DNA of 64,000 bases from Candidatus Nanoarchaeia archaeon (lineage in GTDB: Archaea > Nanobdellota > Nanobdellia > Pacearchaeales > GW2011-AR1), in assembly GCA_028711165.1 (NCBI GenBank), contig JAQTST010000001.1:14708-78707 (forward strand). Direction: 5' to 3'. This document shows positions 16,786-25,730 of the stretch, one piece after another. Every line of letters starts with the position of its first letter. The first letter of the stretch is position 1. Both the position numbers and the translations under genes were made by a program. Under the pieces are notes generated by a model, which was not told the DNA's origin, made no database searches, and saw only the letters and a list, made by a program, of their open reading frames with translations.

Positions 16786-18669
16786 ATGAAAGCTGTAATA
16801 ATTGCGGGTGGAAAAGGAGTGAGATTAGAAGAACTTACTAAGGAAAAGAATAAAGCCATGTTGAGAATTTATGATAAAAGTTTACTGGAATATAATCTGG
16901 ATCGGGCTGTTGAAGCAAAAGTTAAGGAGATAATTTTAGTTCTATGTTACATGCCACAAGAAATAATTAAAAGGATTGGTAAAAGGTATAAGGGTATCTC
17001 TGTCACATATGTTATTGAAAAAGAAGGGAAGGGAATTGTTAATGCAATTGAAAATGCTAAGGAAATGATAGGGAAAAGTGATTTTATTTTGATGCTGGGA
17101 GATGAGGTTATGATTGATACTGATGTTAAGGGTATGATTACTAAGTTCAGAAGAGAAGATTTGTTTGCTGTTTGCGGGATTGTTTATGAAAATGATAAAT
17201 CTAGCATTAAAAGAACATATTCAGTTATGACAAGCAAAGAAGGAAGAATTTTTCGTTTAGTCGAAAAGCCAAGATTTCCTATTAGTAATTTAAAGGGTAC
17301 AGGATATTGTGTTTTTAAAAATGAAATATTAGATTATGTAGATAAGACACCGATTAATGCTTATAGAAATCAAAAAGAATTAGTAGACATGATACAATGC
17401 GCAGTTGATGACGGGAAAGAAGTAAAAATTCATAGGATAGCAAGAGATTATACAAATGTGAATACTTACGAAGAATTGAACATTGCAAAAGAAATGATAA
17501 AAAAAAGTAAACCAAAAGTGCTGATAATTCATAATCAAATGAAATATTTTGGTGGGGGGGAATTATTAATCGTTGAACTTGCAAATGAACTTACTAAAAG
17601 AGGAATAAAAAATGATATACTTGCTTTATCGAGTTCAAAAGATGTCGAAGAGCAATTGCTTAATACTGAAGTGATTATCCCCGAGAATAACATTTATTTA
17701 AATCCTCCCGGATACAAAAATATGTCTGACATATTAAATGCAATAAAAGTGTTTAGAAAAAAATTAAATGAAATAATAGATAATTATGATGTAATTAATT
17801 TTCATGATTTCCCTGTAACCTGGACTCTATGGCCAAAAAAGAAACCATCTGTTTGGTTCATGAATCTTCCCCCCAATCTTTACAGCAAACCAAAGGCGGG
17901 ATTGGTTCTTAAAACTCTTAATAAGTTGAGGATTTGGCTGGATAGGTTTATTGTAAGAGGTAGTATAGATGTGATTACTGTTGCTGAAAGCCTCAATCAA
18001 ATAAGGGCAAAAAAAAGATACGGAAAAAATGCAAGATTAATCGATTTTGGAATTGATTATGAGTTCTTTTCAAAGGGGAAAGCAGCAAATGCAATTAAAA
18101 AATTTAATCTAAAAAATAAATTTGTGATTATACAATCGGGAATATTATGCGACGTTAAAAATCAATTAGAAAGTATAAAAGCTGTTGAAAAAGTCAAGGA
18201 TGCAATTCCAAACATCTTGCTTGTTTTGACCGGGAAAGAAGACGCAGAATACAAGAAAAAACTGGGAGCATATATAAAAGAAAAAAAACTAGAAAAATTT
18301 GTTTTATTTTTGGGGTTTCTTAAAACAAGAGAGGAATTAAGAGATCTGTATAAATCTGCGGATATTGGATTATTTCCAATTAAAAAACAGGGAGGAGTTT
18401 TAGCGCCAATAGAAGTCTTGTGTGCGGGAATTCCAATAATTGTTTCAACGGAGATAGAAACAGCTTCATTAATTAAAAAAAATAATTTAGGGACTATTAC
18501 AACTGAATATGATAAAGAGATATTAAATATTTATCGGGAAAAAGAGAGGTATAAAAAAATAGCACGGGGGGGGGCATTATTTGTAAAAAATAACCTAAGC
18601 TGGAAAGCATTTGCAGAAAAGATGGTTGAAGCATATATGTTTTCCTGGAAGAAGCGTGAACATAATTAA
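16786..18669 (+). CDS. fusion protein: sugar-1-phosphate nucleotidylyltransferase (N-terminal) and GT4 glycosyltransferase (C-terminal)
   Basis: 'AVIIAGGKGVRLEELT' at the N-terminus. From about aa 245 a GT-B/GT4 region ending in 'QGGVLAPIEVLCAGIPIIVS'. Confidence 0.75.
   Translation: MKAVIIAGGKGVRLEELTKEKNKAMLRIYDKSLLEYNLDRAVEAKVKEIILVLCYMPQEIIKRIGKRYKGISVTYVIEKEGKGIVNAIENAKEMIGKSDFILMLGDEVMIDTDVKGMITKFRREDLFAVCGIVYENDKSSIKRTYSVMTSKEGRIFRLVEKPRFPISNLKGTGYCVFKNEILDYVDKTPINAYRNQKELVDMIQCAVDDGKEVKIHRIARDYTNVNTYEELNIAKEMIKKSKPKVLIIHNQMKYFGGGELLIVELANELTKRGIKNDILALSSSKDVEEQLLNTEVIIPENNIYLNPPGYKNMSDILNAIKVFRKKLNEIIDNYDVINFHDFPVTWTLWPKKKPSVWFMNLPPNLYSKPKAGLVLKTLNKLRIWLDRFIVRGSIDVITVAESLNQIRAKKRYGKNARLIDFGIDYEFFSKGKAANAIKKFNLKNKFVIIQSGILCDVKNQLESIKAVEKVKDAIPNILLVLTGKEDAEYKKKLGAYIKEKKLEKFVLFLGFLKTREELRDLYKSADIGLFPIKKQGGVLAPIEVLCAGIPIIVSTEIETASLIKKNNLGTITTEYDKEILNIYREKERYKKIARGGALFVKNNLSWKAFAEKMVEAYMFSWKKREHN
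18566..18574 (+). repeat. G9 homopolymer inside the GT4 part of the fusion gene
   Basis: 'gcacgggggggggca' encodes A-R-G-G-A. It is the longest G/C run I found in this AT-rich window. Confidence 0.9.
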
Positions 18670-19649
18670 TTTTTTTCCCTTAATGTTTTCAGCGGATGTT
18701 TTCTTAAATTTCTAACCATCTCACATAATAGATAACATCCCTCATAACATTTTGATTTTTTTATCATCGAAGAATAATTCCGAGGAATAGTAAAATTATT
18801 TTTTATATTTCCCAGGGCAGAAATTCTTCCGACGAGATTCTCACAAGGGTAAATATTCCCCGTATAATCTATATAGATGGAATTTGTTCCAGCATAGCAT
18901 TTATTTGTAATATTTTTTTTCTCATAAAATTTCCTGAAAAACAAGAGATAAGTATAATCAAAAAAACCTCTTTTTCTCTCTCCGTAAATTTTTTTTAGCT
19001 GATTTAGAACAATTTGTTTTTGTTCTTTGGAGAGAGTTCTGTCTCCGACATGATTCAATCTACCATAATCCATCTCGGGAGAGAAAAGGATATTCATATT
19101 TTTTTCTTTGGCAAATTCCCATGCCCATAAAAGCTGGTCATAATTCTCTTTAGTAACTGTGAAAATTAAACTAGTGTTTATGCCTAATGATCTTAATTTT
19201 TCAATTGTTTCCAGAAGTTTTTTAAAATTCCCCCCAATCCCGCGAGTCTCGTCGTGAGTTTCTTCTTTCCCATTGAAAGAGAGAGTTATCAAAACATCTT
19301 TTGGCATATTTTTTACTTTTTCATAAATAACATCCGGCATCAGAGCATTAGACAAAATAGTAATATGTAATTTTTTATTTTTTTGCTTAAACATATTTAC
19401 AATTTTATCTATATCTTTTCTAAGAAACGGCTCCCCACCAGTAAGAGAAAGAAAGCGTATTTTTTTGAATAAACCTGTTTCTGCAAATTTTTCCAATATT
19501 TCAAAATCTAGTTCTTCTCTTTTTTTATTCTTCCAAAGAAAACAGGTTTTACAACGCGAGTTACAGAGATTCGTGAGGCATAAAATTGCTCTTCTTAACC
19601 TTTTTACTGGAAGAATATTTTCCAATGCATAAAGATAATCTGTTTTCAT
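18666..19649 (-). CDS. radical SAM protein with twitch/SPASM-like C-terminus
   Basis: 'CNSRCKTC', 'LTGGEPFL', and C-terminal 'CYAGTNSIYIDYTGNIYPCE...CYEGCYLLC'. Confidence 0.8.
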   Translation of the reverse strand: MKTDYLYALENILPVKRLRRAILCLTNLCNSRCKTCFLWKNKKREELDFEILEKFAETGLFKKIRFLSLTGGEPFLRKDIDKIVNMFKQKNKKLHITILSNALMPDVIYEKVKNMPKDVLITLSFNGKEETHDETRGIGGNFKKLLETIEKLRSLGINTSLIFTVTKENYDQLLWAWEFAKEKNMNILFSPEMDYGRLNHVGDRTLSKEQKQIVLNQLKKIYGERKRGFFDYTYLLFFRKFYEKKNITNKCYAGTNSIYIDYTGNIYPCENLVGRISALGNIKNNFTIPRNYSSMIKKSKCYEGCYLLCEMVRNLRKHPLKTLREKN

Positions 19650-20830
19650 TTTATTTCATATGCCGGACATAAAGCACATTCTTTAGGACATCTATTTTCT
19701 CTTATTAATTTCCTCATTATTTTATATTTTGGAGAATGCCAAATTTCTTTAAATGGTTTTTCTAAAGCGTTTCCCAAAGACATTTTCTTCTGCCACTCTC
19801 TTGCATTTGCTTCATTCTGTCCGCAACAAGGTGTAACATCACCATTAACAAAAATGAATGGCATGATGTATTCCTTGCAATTATTTATCGATGGTTTTTT
19901 TTCCAATTTTTCAGCATCCTGTTTTGCACACATGTTTATTGTAATTGGGATTTTGTAACGTTTTGCTTTTGTCCTTATTTTTTCTACGTATTGACTGTCA
20001 AGTTCAACAGCATATTTCTGAGCTTCCTTGAAAGAATGCAACAGGGGAGTTACCAAAATTTCCCCAACTTCTGTATTAAGAGAATGAACAAAATCTAAAA
20101 ATTCGGGAAGTTCATCTTTTGACTTGCTGGTGATGATGTAATGAAAGTTTAGAATAGGAAATTTTCTCTTCATTTGTTTTTTTAATCGGACAAAAGTTTT
20201 GATGTTCTGTTCAATGGTTTTATAATCACTTCCGACGCAAATTTTTTCGAAAGAATTTTTTGATGCTCCGTAAGTTGAAATAAACTGAAAATCGGGACCG
20301 ATTCTAATAAGTTCTCGGATTTGTTCATCATTTTTAAAATGGGCAAAATGGTCAAAGACTTCAATTATTGTTCCTTTTGATTTTGCGTACGCGAGCATTT
20401 TGTGATAATCTTTATTCAAATAAGAAGAACCAATTCCTGTAAGTCCAATCCATTTTGGTTTTCCAAAATCATCAAATATTTTTTTAAATTGTTCAAAAGT
20501 CATATTTTTTGATGGTTCTTTCCAGTAAGTATGTTCACAGCAAACACATTTAAGATTGCAGACAGTTGTTGGCTCTATCTCGAGAAAAGGAGGAAATAAA
20601 TCAATTCCTAATTTTGGAAAAAATCTGTTCAATAAAAAAGCAGCAGTTTTTCTGTTCCACCACAGAGGATAAACCCAGAACATATTCTTAATTTCCCTGA
20701 ATTTTCCTTCGACAATAAAATGAGACAGCAGTTTTAATTTGTGAGACAAGGACATTGTTGGCATTTTTAGAAAAGAAAAACCTTGTTTAAAAGATTTATG
20801 AAACAATACTAAGGGGTAGTTATAATACAT
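19646..20830 (-). CDS. radical SAM protein with SPASM-like domain
   Basis: 'CNLKCVCCEH', 'VTPCCGQ', 'CPKECALCP'. ATGA-type overlap with 18666..19649. Confidence 0.8.
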   Translation of the reverse strand: MYYNYPLVLFHKSFKQGFSFLKMPTMSLSHKLKLLSHFIVEGKFREIKNMFWVYPLWWNRKTAAFLLNRFFPKLGIDLFPPFLEIEPTTVCNLKCVCCEHTYWKEPSKNMTFEQFKKIFDDFGKPKWIGLTGIGSSYLNKDYHKMLAYAKSKGTIIEVFDHFAHFKNDEQIRELIRIGPDFQFISTYGASKNSFEKICVGSDYKTIEQNIKTFVRLKKQMKRKFPILNFHYIITSKSKDELPEFLDFVHSLNTEVGEILVTPLLHSFKEAQKYAVELDSQYVEKIRTKAKRYKIPITINMCAKQDAEKLEKKPSINNCKEYIMPFIFVNGDVTPCCGQNEANAREWQKKMSLGNALEKPFKEIWHSPKYKIMRKLIRENRCPKECALCPAYEIK

Positions 20831-20916
20831 AAATTTATTTAAATGAAAATTCGAAAATAGTTTTATGCCTACCGTTTAGGGTAAGATTAGGAAATAAATT
20901 TTAACAGATTTTATAA

Positions 20917-22080
20917 ATGAAAATTATTCAGATAAGTTCAGCTTCATCTTCGTATTCTGTAAAAGACTATGAGAAAGATTTTTTTCTTGCTTGGTATGCA
21001 AGAGTTGGTTTTGCAATTAAAAAATACCATAAAGAATTAAATGTTGAATGCTGGACAATTGAAAAAGAATGTAAAGACGAGAAAGAAATAGAAAAAGAAG
21101 GAGTTAAATTTAGGATTTTTCCGACGAAGATTTCTTTAAGGCATGGTATGGAAATTTCATTTAATTTGTTGAAAGCAATAAAAGAAGAGATAAAAAAAGC
21201 TAAAAAAGAAAATGAAAGATTGGTTTTACATTTGCATGAATATCATTCATGGATTACTTATTTAATTTTATTCTTGACGAAGAAAGATAATGTAAAAATA
21301 ATTGCTCAACATCACGGAGGGAGAAATCCTTTTGCAAATCTGAAAAAATACAAAATATTATTTTTAGTTTTTCCTTTGATAGCATTAATGCAATTTTGCG
21401 AGAATTTTTTATTTAAGAAAATTGATATCGTTTATGCATTAAGCGAAGAAGAGATGGAATACTTAAAAAAAATCTCTCCGAATTCAGAAATAAAATTCCG
21501 AACAATGGGAATTGAAGAAGAATGTTTCAAAAAAATCGATAAAAAGTTGGCAAGAAAAAGACTGAAACTAAATTTGAATAAAAAATATGTCTTGTATATT
21601 GGTAGGATTAAAACTACAAAAGGGATTAAAGAATTATTGGATGCTGCCGAAGGATTAAAGGGGATAGAATTTCTTCTGGTCGGGGGTGGGGTCGAGGAAG
21701 AAATTTTAAAATATGAAAATTATGTTAAGGAAAAGAATATTTCAAATGTTAAATTTCTCGGCTCAGTTTATGGGAAAGAAAAATTAGATTACCTTTCTGC
21801 GTCGGATTGTCTGATTCTGCCGAGTTACACTGAAGGCGCACCTGTTGTTTTAATGGAAGCAATGGCAAAAAATCTTCCGGTGATTGCAACAAATGTTGGA
21901 GGTATTCCTATCATGATTAAAGATAAAGAAGGAATAATAATCAAACCAAAATCCGGCAAAGAGATTATAAATGCAATAAAAGAAATTTTAATATGGAAAA
22001 AAAGGGATATGAAAAAAGAAGCAGAAAAATATAAATGGAAAGAGATAATTGAAAAAACGATTGAAGACTATGAAAGATAA
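20917..22080 (+). CDS. GT4 family glycosyltransferase
   Basis: C-terminal 'EGAPVVLMEAMAKNLPVIATNVGG' (EX7E region). Confidence 0.8.
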   Translation: MKIIQISSASSSYSVKDYEKDFFLAWYARVGFAIKKYHKELNVECWTIEKECKDEKEIEKEGVKFRIFPTKISLRHGMEISFNLLKAIKEEIKKAKKENERLVLHLHEYHSWITYLILFLTKKDNVKIIAQHHGGRNPFANLKKYKILFLVFPLIALMQFCENFLFKKIDIVYALSEEEMEYLKKISPNSEIKFRTMGIEEECFKKIDKKLARKRLKLNLNKKYVLYIGRIKTTKGIKELLDAAEGLKGIEFLLVGGGVEEEILKYENYVKEKNISNVKFLGSVYGKEKLDYLSASDCLILPSYTEGAPVVLMEAMAKNLPVIATNVGGIPIMIKDKEGIIIKPKSGKEIINAIKEILIWKKRDMKKEAEKYKWKEIIEKTIEDYER

Positions 22081-23092
22081 AAAACTTACGGAGAAAGATA
22101 CTTGTCTTCTTATTGCTACCTATAACAGAGCAGAGGATATAGAAAAAACTTTTGATTCACTTATTAAAAATAAAAATATCCCGGGGAAAGTTGTCATAAT
22201 TGACCAAAGCAAAAATGAAGAAACAAAATTGGTTGTTAATAAATATAAAAAGAGATTACCGATAGATTATATCTATTGCAACATACCATCGGCAGACATC
22301 TCTATGAATATGGGAATTAAGAAGTATAGAGATAAATTTCCAATACTCATTACCTCGGGAGATGATGTCGATTTTCTTGAAAATTATCTTGACGAAGTGA
22401 TAAAAGAATTTAATAATAATCCTAAGATAATGGCTATCGGAGGAAAAGATATCTCTTCAGGAAATTCATATAATTTTGACTCTCCGGGAAACAAAATTAA
22501 AAATTTAATTCTAAGAATTTTTTTCTTACCTTTCAAAGAAAATCATAAGTTCAGGATAACTGGGCCTTATGGACACACTTCAAGTCCAATTATAAATGAA
22601 AATATTGAAGTTCAATGGATTCCCGGGGTTAATACCTGCTGGAGAAGTGAGATTTATAAAAATTATTTATGGCCAGAAATCAAAGGATATAATGTCATCG
22701 ACGATATCGACTCTTCATATCATGTATATAAAGAATATGGAAAAGGAAGTCTGATGATGATTCCAAAATGCAGAGTTTATCATAGGTATAGTCATGCGGG
22801 GAGATATGACGACAAGAAAAGAATTTTTGTGAATCATGAAGATCATTTTTCTTATTTTTACATGTACTTTAATAATCCTCTGGGAAAAATTAAACTGTTT
22901 TTATCTTTAGCGGGTATAATAATAGGAAATTTTTTGAGATTTATATTTCGGCCAAAAAAAGAGACATTTAATGGTTTAGTCTATAATGTTCAAGCGATAA
23001 GATATTGTCTGAAGAATAGAAAAGATATAGAAAATAAAAAATACAGATTATATCTAAATGAAGATTTAAGTATGAAGAAGGATATCTTATAA
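22070..23092 (+). CDS. family 2 glycosyltransferase
   Basis: 'CLLIATYNRAEDIEKTFDSL', 'IIDQS'. The first ATG is at 22070; the ORF-track start at 22049 is a TTG. Confidence 0.7.
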   Translation: MKDKKLTEKDTCLLIATYNRAEDIEKTFDSLIKNKNIPGKVVIIDQSKNEETKLVVNKYKKRLPIDYIYCNIPSADISMNMGIKKYRDKFPILITSGDDVDFLENYLDEVIKEFNNNPKIMAIGGKDISSGNSYNFDSPGNKIKNLILRIFFLPFKENHKFRITGPYGHTSSPIINENIEVQWIPGVNTCWRSEIYKNYLWPEIKGYNVIDDIDSSYHVYKEYGKGSLMMIPKCRVYHRYSHAGRYDDKKRIFVNHEDHFSYFYMYFNNPLGKIKLFLSLAGIIIGNFLRFIFRPKKETFNGLVYNVQAIRYCLKNRKDIENKKYRLYLNEDLSMKKDIL

Positions 23093-23120
23093 GAGAATAT
23101 ATCATTCGGAACATAAGAAT

Positions 23121-23129
23121 GTTTAAAAG
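23121..23129 (+). promoter_or_regulatory. TATA-like box
   Basis: 'gtttaaaag' lies 22-30 nt upstream of the ATG at 23151. Confidence 0.35.
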
Positions 23130-23150
23130 ATTATTTAGATACAGGATTTT

Positions 23151-24140
23151 ATGAAAAAACTGGCGCTGATTGGCTGTGGTTATTGGGGGAAAAATTATAT
23201 AAGGAGTATAGAAAATATTCCGGATTTAAAACTAGAATACATTCAAGATCTTATTCAACCAAAATCTATCCCTGAAAATATCAAATTTACAAAAGACTTA
23301 TCTCAAATTTTAAAAGATGATAAAATTGAAGGAGTTATAATCGCAACTCCTCCGGAAACACATTACGATATTGCACTTAAATCAATTAATGCGGGGAAAA
23401 ATGTTCTTGTTGAGAAACCAATAACAATGAATTTGAAAGATGCAGAAAATCTTTGTGAAGAAGCTCAAAGGAAGAAAGTTGTTTTGATGGTTGGACATAT
23501 TTTCAAATATAATAATGCAATAAGAGACATCAAGAAAAGATTAGATGGGGGCGATATTGGAGAAATAAAGTATATAGAATCAAGAAGAATTGCCTTGGGG
23601 CCAATAAGACAATCTACGAGCGCATTATGGGACTTGGCTGTCCATGACGTGTATATAGCAGAATACTTTATTGGAAAAAAACCTTTTTCAGTAAGTTGTA
23701 TTGGGGAGAGTCATAACAAAAAGATAGACGACATCGTCTCTATAAATCTGAGATTTCCGGAGGATATACTAACAACAATTTATGCAAATTGGGAGCATCC
23801 AATAAAAGAAAGAAAGATTATCATAGGTGGAACAAAAAAAGCAATTCTATTTGACGATATTGAACCAACAGACAAAGTTACTATTTACGATAGGGGGGTA
23901 GATTATAATCCTCGAACAGGAGATTTTGGAGAGTTCCAGGCAATTACAAGAACAGGAGATACATTAATTCCAAAATTAAAATTAAATCAGCCACTAGAAG
24001 AAGAATTAATACATTTTTCAAAATGCATAGACGGAGAAAAATGTTTTACCGACGGATATGAAGGATTAGAAACAGTAAAAATTTTGGAAACTGCGGAGGA
24101 ATCCAGAAAGAAAGGAGGATTAGAAATAAAAATAAAATGA
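23151..24140 (+). CDS. Gfo/Idh/MocA NAD-dependent sugar oxidoreductase (WbpB-like 3-dehydrogenase)
   Basis: 'LALIGCGYWGKNY' and 'VLVEKPIT' (EKP motif). Confidence 0.8.
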   Translation: MKKLALIGCGYWGKNYIRSIENIPDLKLEYIQDLIQPKSIPENIKFTKDLSQILKDDKIEGVIIATPPETHYDIALKSINAGKNVLVEKPITMNLKDAENLCEEAQRKKVVLMVGHIFKYNNAIRDIKKRLDGGDIGEIKYIESRRIALGPIRQSTSALWDLAVHDVYIAEYFIGKKPFSVSCIGESHNKKIDDIVSINLRFPEDILTTIYANWEHPIKERKIIIGGTKKAILFDDIEPTDKVTIYDRGVDYNPRTGDFGEFQAITRTGDTLIPKLKLNQPLEEELIHFSKCIDGEKCFTDGYEGLETVKILETAEESRKKGGLEIKIK

Positions 24141-24622
24141 AAGAAAATTCTATAATAAGGGAAGATGTAAAGATAGGGAAAAATTCAAAGGTATGGAATT
24201 TTTGTAATTTATACGGATGTAAAATTGGAGAAAATACCCAGATAGGAAGTTATTGTGAAATAAAAGAAGGAGCAGAAGTTGGAGACAATTGCAGATTTCA
24301 ATCTTATGTCTTTGTACCTGAAGGAACAAAAATAGGCAATTATGTTTTTATTGGACCAAGAGTTACTTTCTTAAATGACAAATATCCGACTTCTAAAAAA
24401 GCGATTGAGAAAAAATGGAATTTAGAAGCAGCAGTCGTTGAGGATGAAGTTTCTATTGGTGGCGGAGTAACAATTCTTCCGGGGATAAGAATTGGAAAAG
24501 GAAGTATGATTGGGGCGGGAAGCGTTGTTACAAAAAATGTTCCAGAATATACAGTAATCTGTGGAAATCCAGCAAGAATTATTGGAAATGTTAAAGACAA
24601 TAAATACAAATTTGTTATATAA
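24137..24622 (+). CDS. left-handed beta-helix (hexapeptide) N-acetyltransferase (WbpD/QdtC-like)
   Basis: Repeated hexapeptide pattern 'IGENTQIGSYCEIKEGAEVGDNCRF...IGGGVTILPGIRIGKGSMIGAGSVV'. ATGA overlap upstream. Confidence 0.8.
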   Translation: MKENSIIREDVKIGKNSKVWNFCNLYGCKIGENTQIGSYCEIKEGAEVGDNCRFQSYVFVPEGTKIGNYVFIGPRVTFLNDKYPTSKKAIEKKWNLEAAVVEDEVSIGGGVTILPGIRIGKGSMIGAGSVVTKNVPEYTVICGNPARIIGNVKDNKYKFVI

Positions 24623-24623
24623 A

Positions 24624-25730
24624 ATGAAAATACCTTTTATGGATTTACAAAGAATGCATGGACCAATAAAAAAAGAATTGGAAAATTCTGTTCTTGGAAT
24701 TATAGATAAAGGAAATTTTATTCTTGGAAAACAAGTAGAAGATTTTGAGAAAAATTTTGCAAAATATTGCGGTGTGAAATATGGTGCAGGAGTTTCGACA
24801 GGGACTGATGCATTAGAATTAATTCTGAGAGGTTTTGATATTGGTGAAGGAGATGAAGTAATAGTTCCTGCAAATACTTTTATAGCAACTGCAACTGCAG
24901 TCAGCTCTTCTGGAGCTAAGCCAATATTTGCCGACGCTAAATATGAAGATGGTAATATAAATCCGAAAAAGATAGAAAGAAAAATTTCAAGAAAGACAAA
25001 AGCAATTATACCAGTCCATTTGTATGGGAATCCTGTAGATATGGATGAAATTTTAGAAATTACAGCGAGATATAATTTGAGAGTAATTGAAGATGCGTGT
25101 CAGGCTCATGGCGCGAAATACATGGGAGAAAGAATCGGAAGTCTTGGAGATGCTGCAGCATTTTCGTTTTATCCTGGAAAAAATTTAGGTGGTTTTGGAG
25201 ATGGCGGAGCAATTGTTTCTAACGATGAAATATTAATTGAAAAAATTAAGAAATTAAGAAATTACGGGCAAACAGAAAAATATTTTCATGATTTTTTTGC
25301 TTTTAACAAACGACTTGATACAATACAGGCAGCAGTTTTAGATGTTAAGTTAAAATATCTTGATGAATGGAATGAATCAAGAAGAAATTCTGCCAAGAAA
25401 TTAAATGAAGGTTTGAGCGGACTCGTTAAGGTACCAAATATTGAGACAATTAAAAATCCGGTATTTCATTTGTATGTCATTCGAGCTAAAACAGAAAATG
25501 AAAGAGACAGATTAAAAGATTTTCTTCAGAAGAAAGATATCCAGACAGGATTGCATTATCCCAGACCAATACATCTCCAAAAAGCGTATTCAAATTTAGG
25601 ATTAAAAAATGGAGATTATCCCGTAACAGAAGAATTGTGCAACAAAGGATTATCCTTGCCCATGTTTCCATATATGAAAGATGAAGAGATAAATTATATT
25701 ATTGATTCAGTTAAAGAGTTCTATTCATGA
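24624..25730 (+). CDS. DegT/DnrJ/EryC1-family PLP sugar aminotransferase (WbpE-like)
   Basis: 'MKIPFMDL', 'TGTDALELILR', 'FSFYPGKNLG' (PLP lysine). Start placed at the ATG just after the upstream stop, not the upstream-extended ORF start (24561). Confidence 0.85.
   Translation: MKIPFMDLQRMHGPIKKELENSVLGIIDKGNFILGKQVEDFEKNFAKYCGVKYGAGVSTGTDALELILRGFDIGEGDEVIVPANTFIATATAVSSSGAKPIFADAKYEDGNINPKKIERKISRKTKAIIPVHLYGNPVDMDEILEITARYNLRVIEDACQAHGAKYMGERIGSLGDAAAFSFYPGKNLGGFGDGGAIVSNDEILIEKIKKLRNYGQTEKYFHDFFAFNKRLDTIQAAVLDVKLKYLDEWNESRRNSAKKLNEGLSGLVKVPNIETIKNPVFHLYVIRAKTENERDRLKDFLQKKDIQTGLHYPRPIHLQKAYSNLGLKNGDYPVTEELCNKGLSLPMFPYMKDEEINYIIDSVKEFYS

Noticed and set aside
20831-20916. The possibility that the many SPASM-type radical SAM genes are RiPP maturases with small precursor-peptide genes in the intergenic gaps. 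I checked 8440..8536, 9281..9374, 16673..16785, 20831..20916, 31369..31464 and 61471..61598.
   Set aside because: All gaps are 128 bp or shorter and hold promoter-like A/T boxes. None contains a plausible start + SD + Cys/Ser/Thr-rich short ORF. No peptidase or ABC-exporter genes are present, and every neighbour is a sugar enzyme.
24561-24623. Upstream-extended N-termini in the ORF track. Some begin at a TTG (22049, 44306, 51318, 53012, 56388). The others begin at an upstream in-frame start codon (24561, 37388, 45073, 49501, 58010, 61590, 63885).
   Set aside because: In each case an ATG further downstream coincides with an ATGA or short overlap, an SD-like motif or the expected protein N-terminus, for example 'MKIPFMDL' for DegT or 'MKIGVVGVG' for the dehydrogenase. 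I used the shorter models. The exception is 38232, where no in-frame ATG exists.
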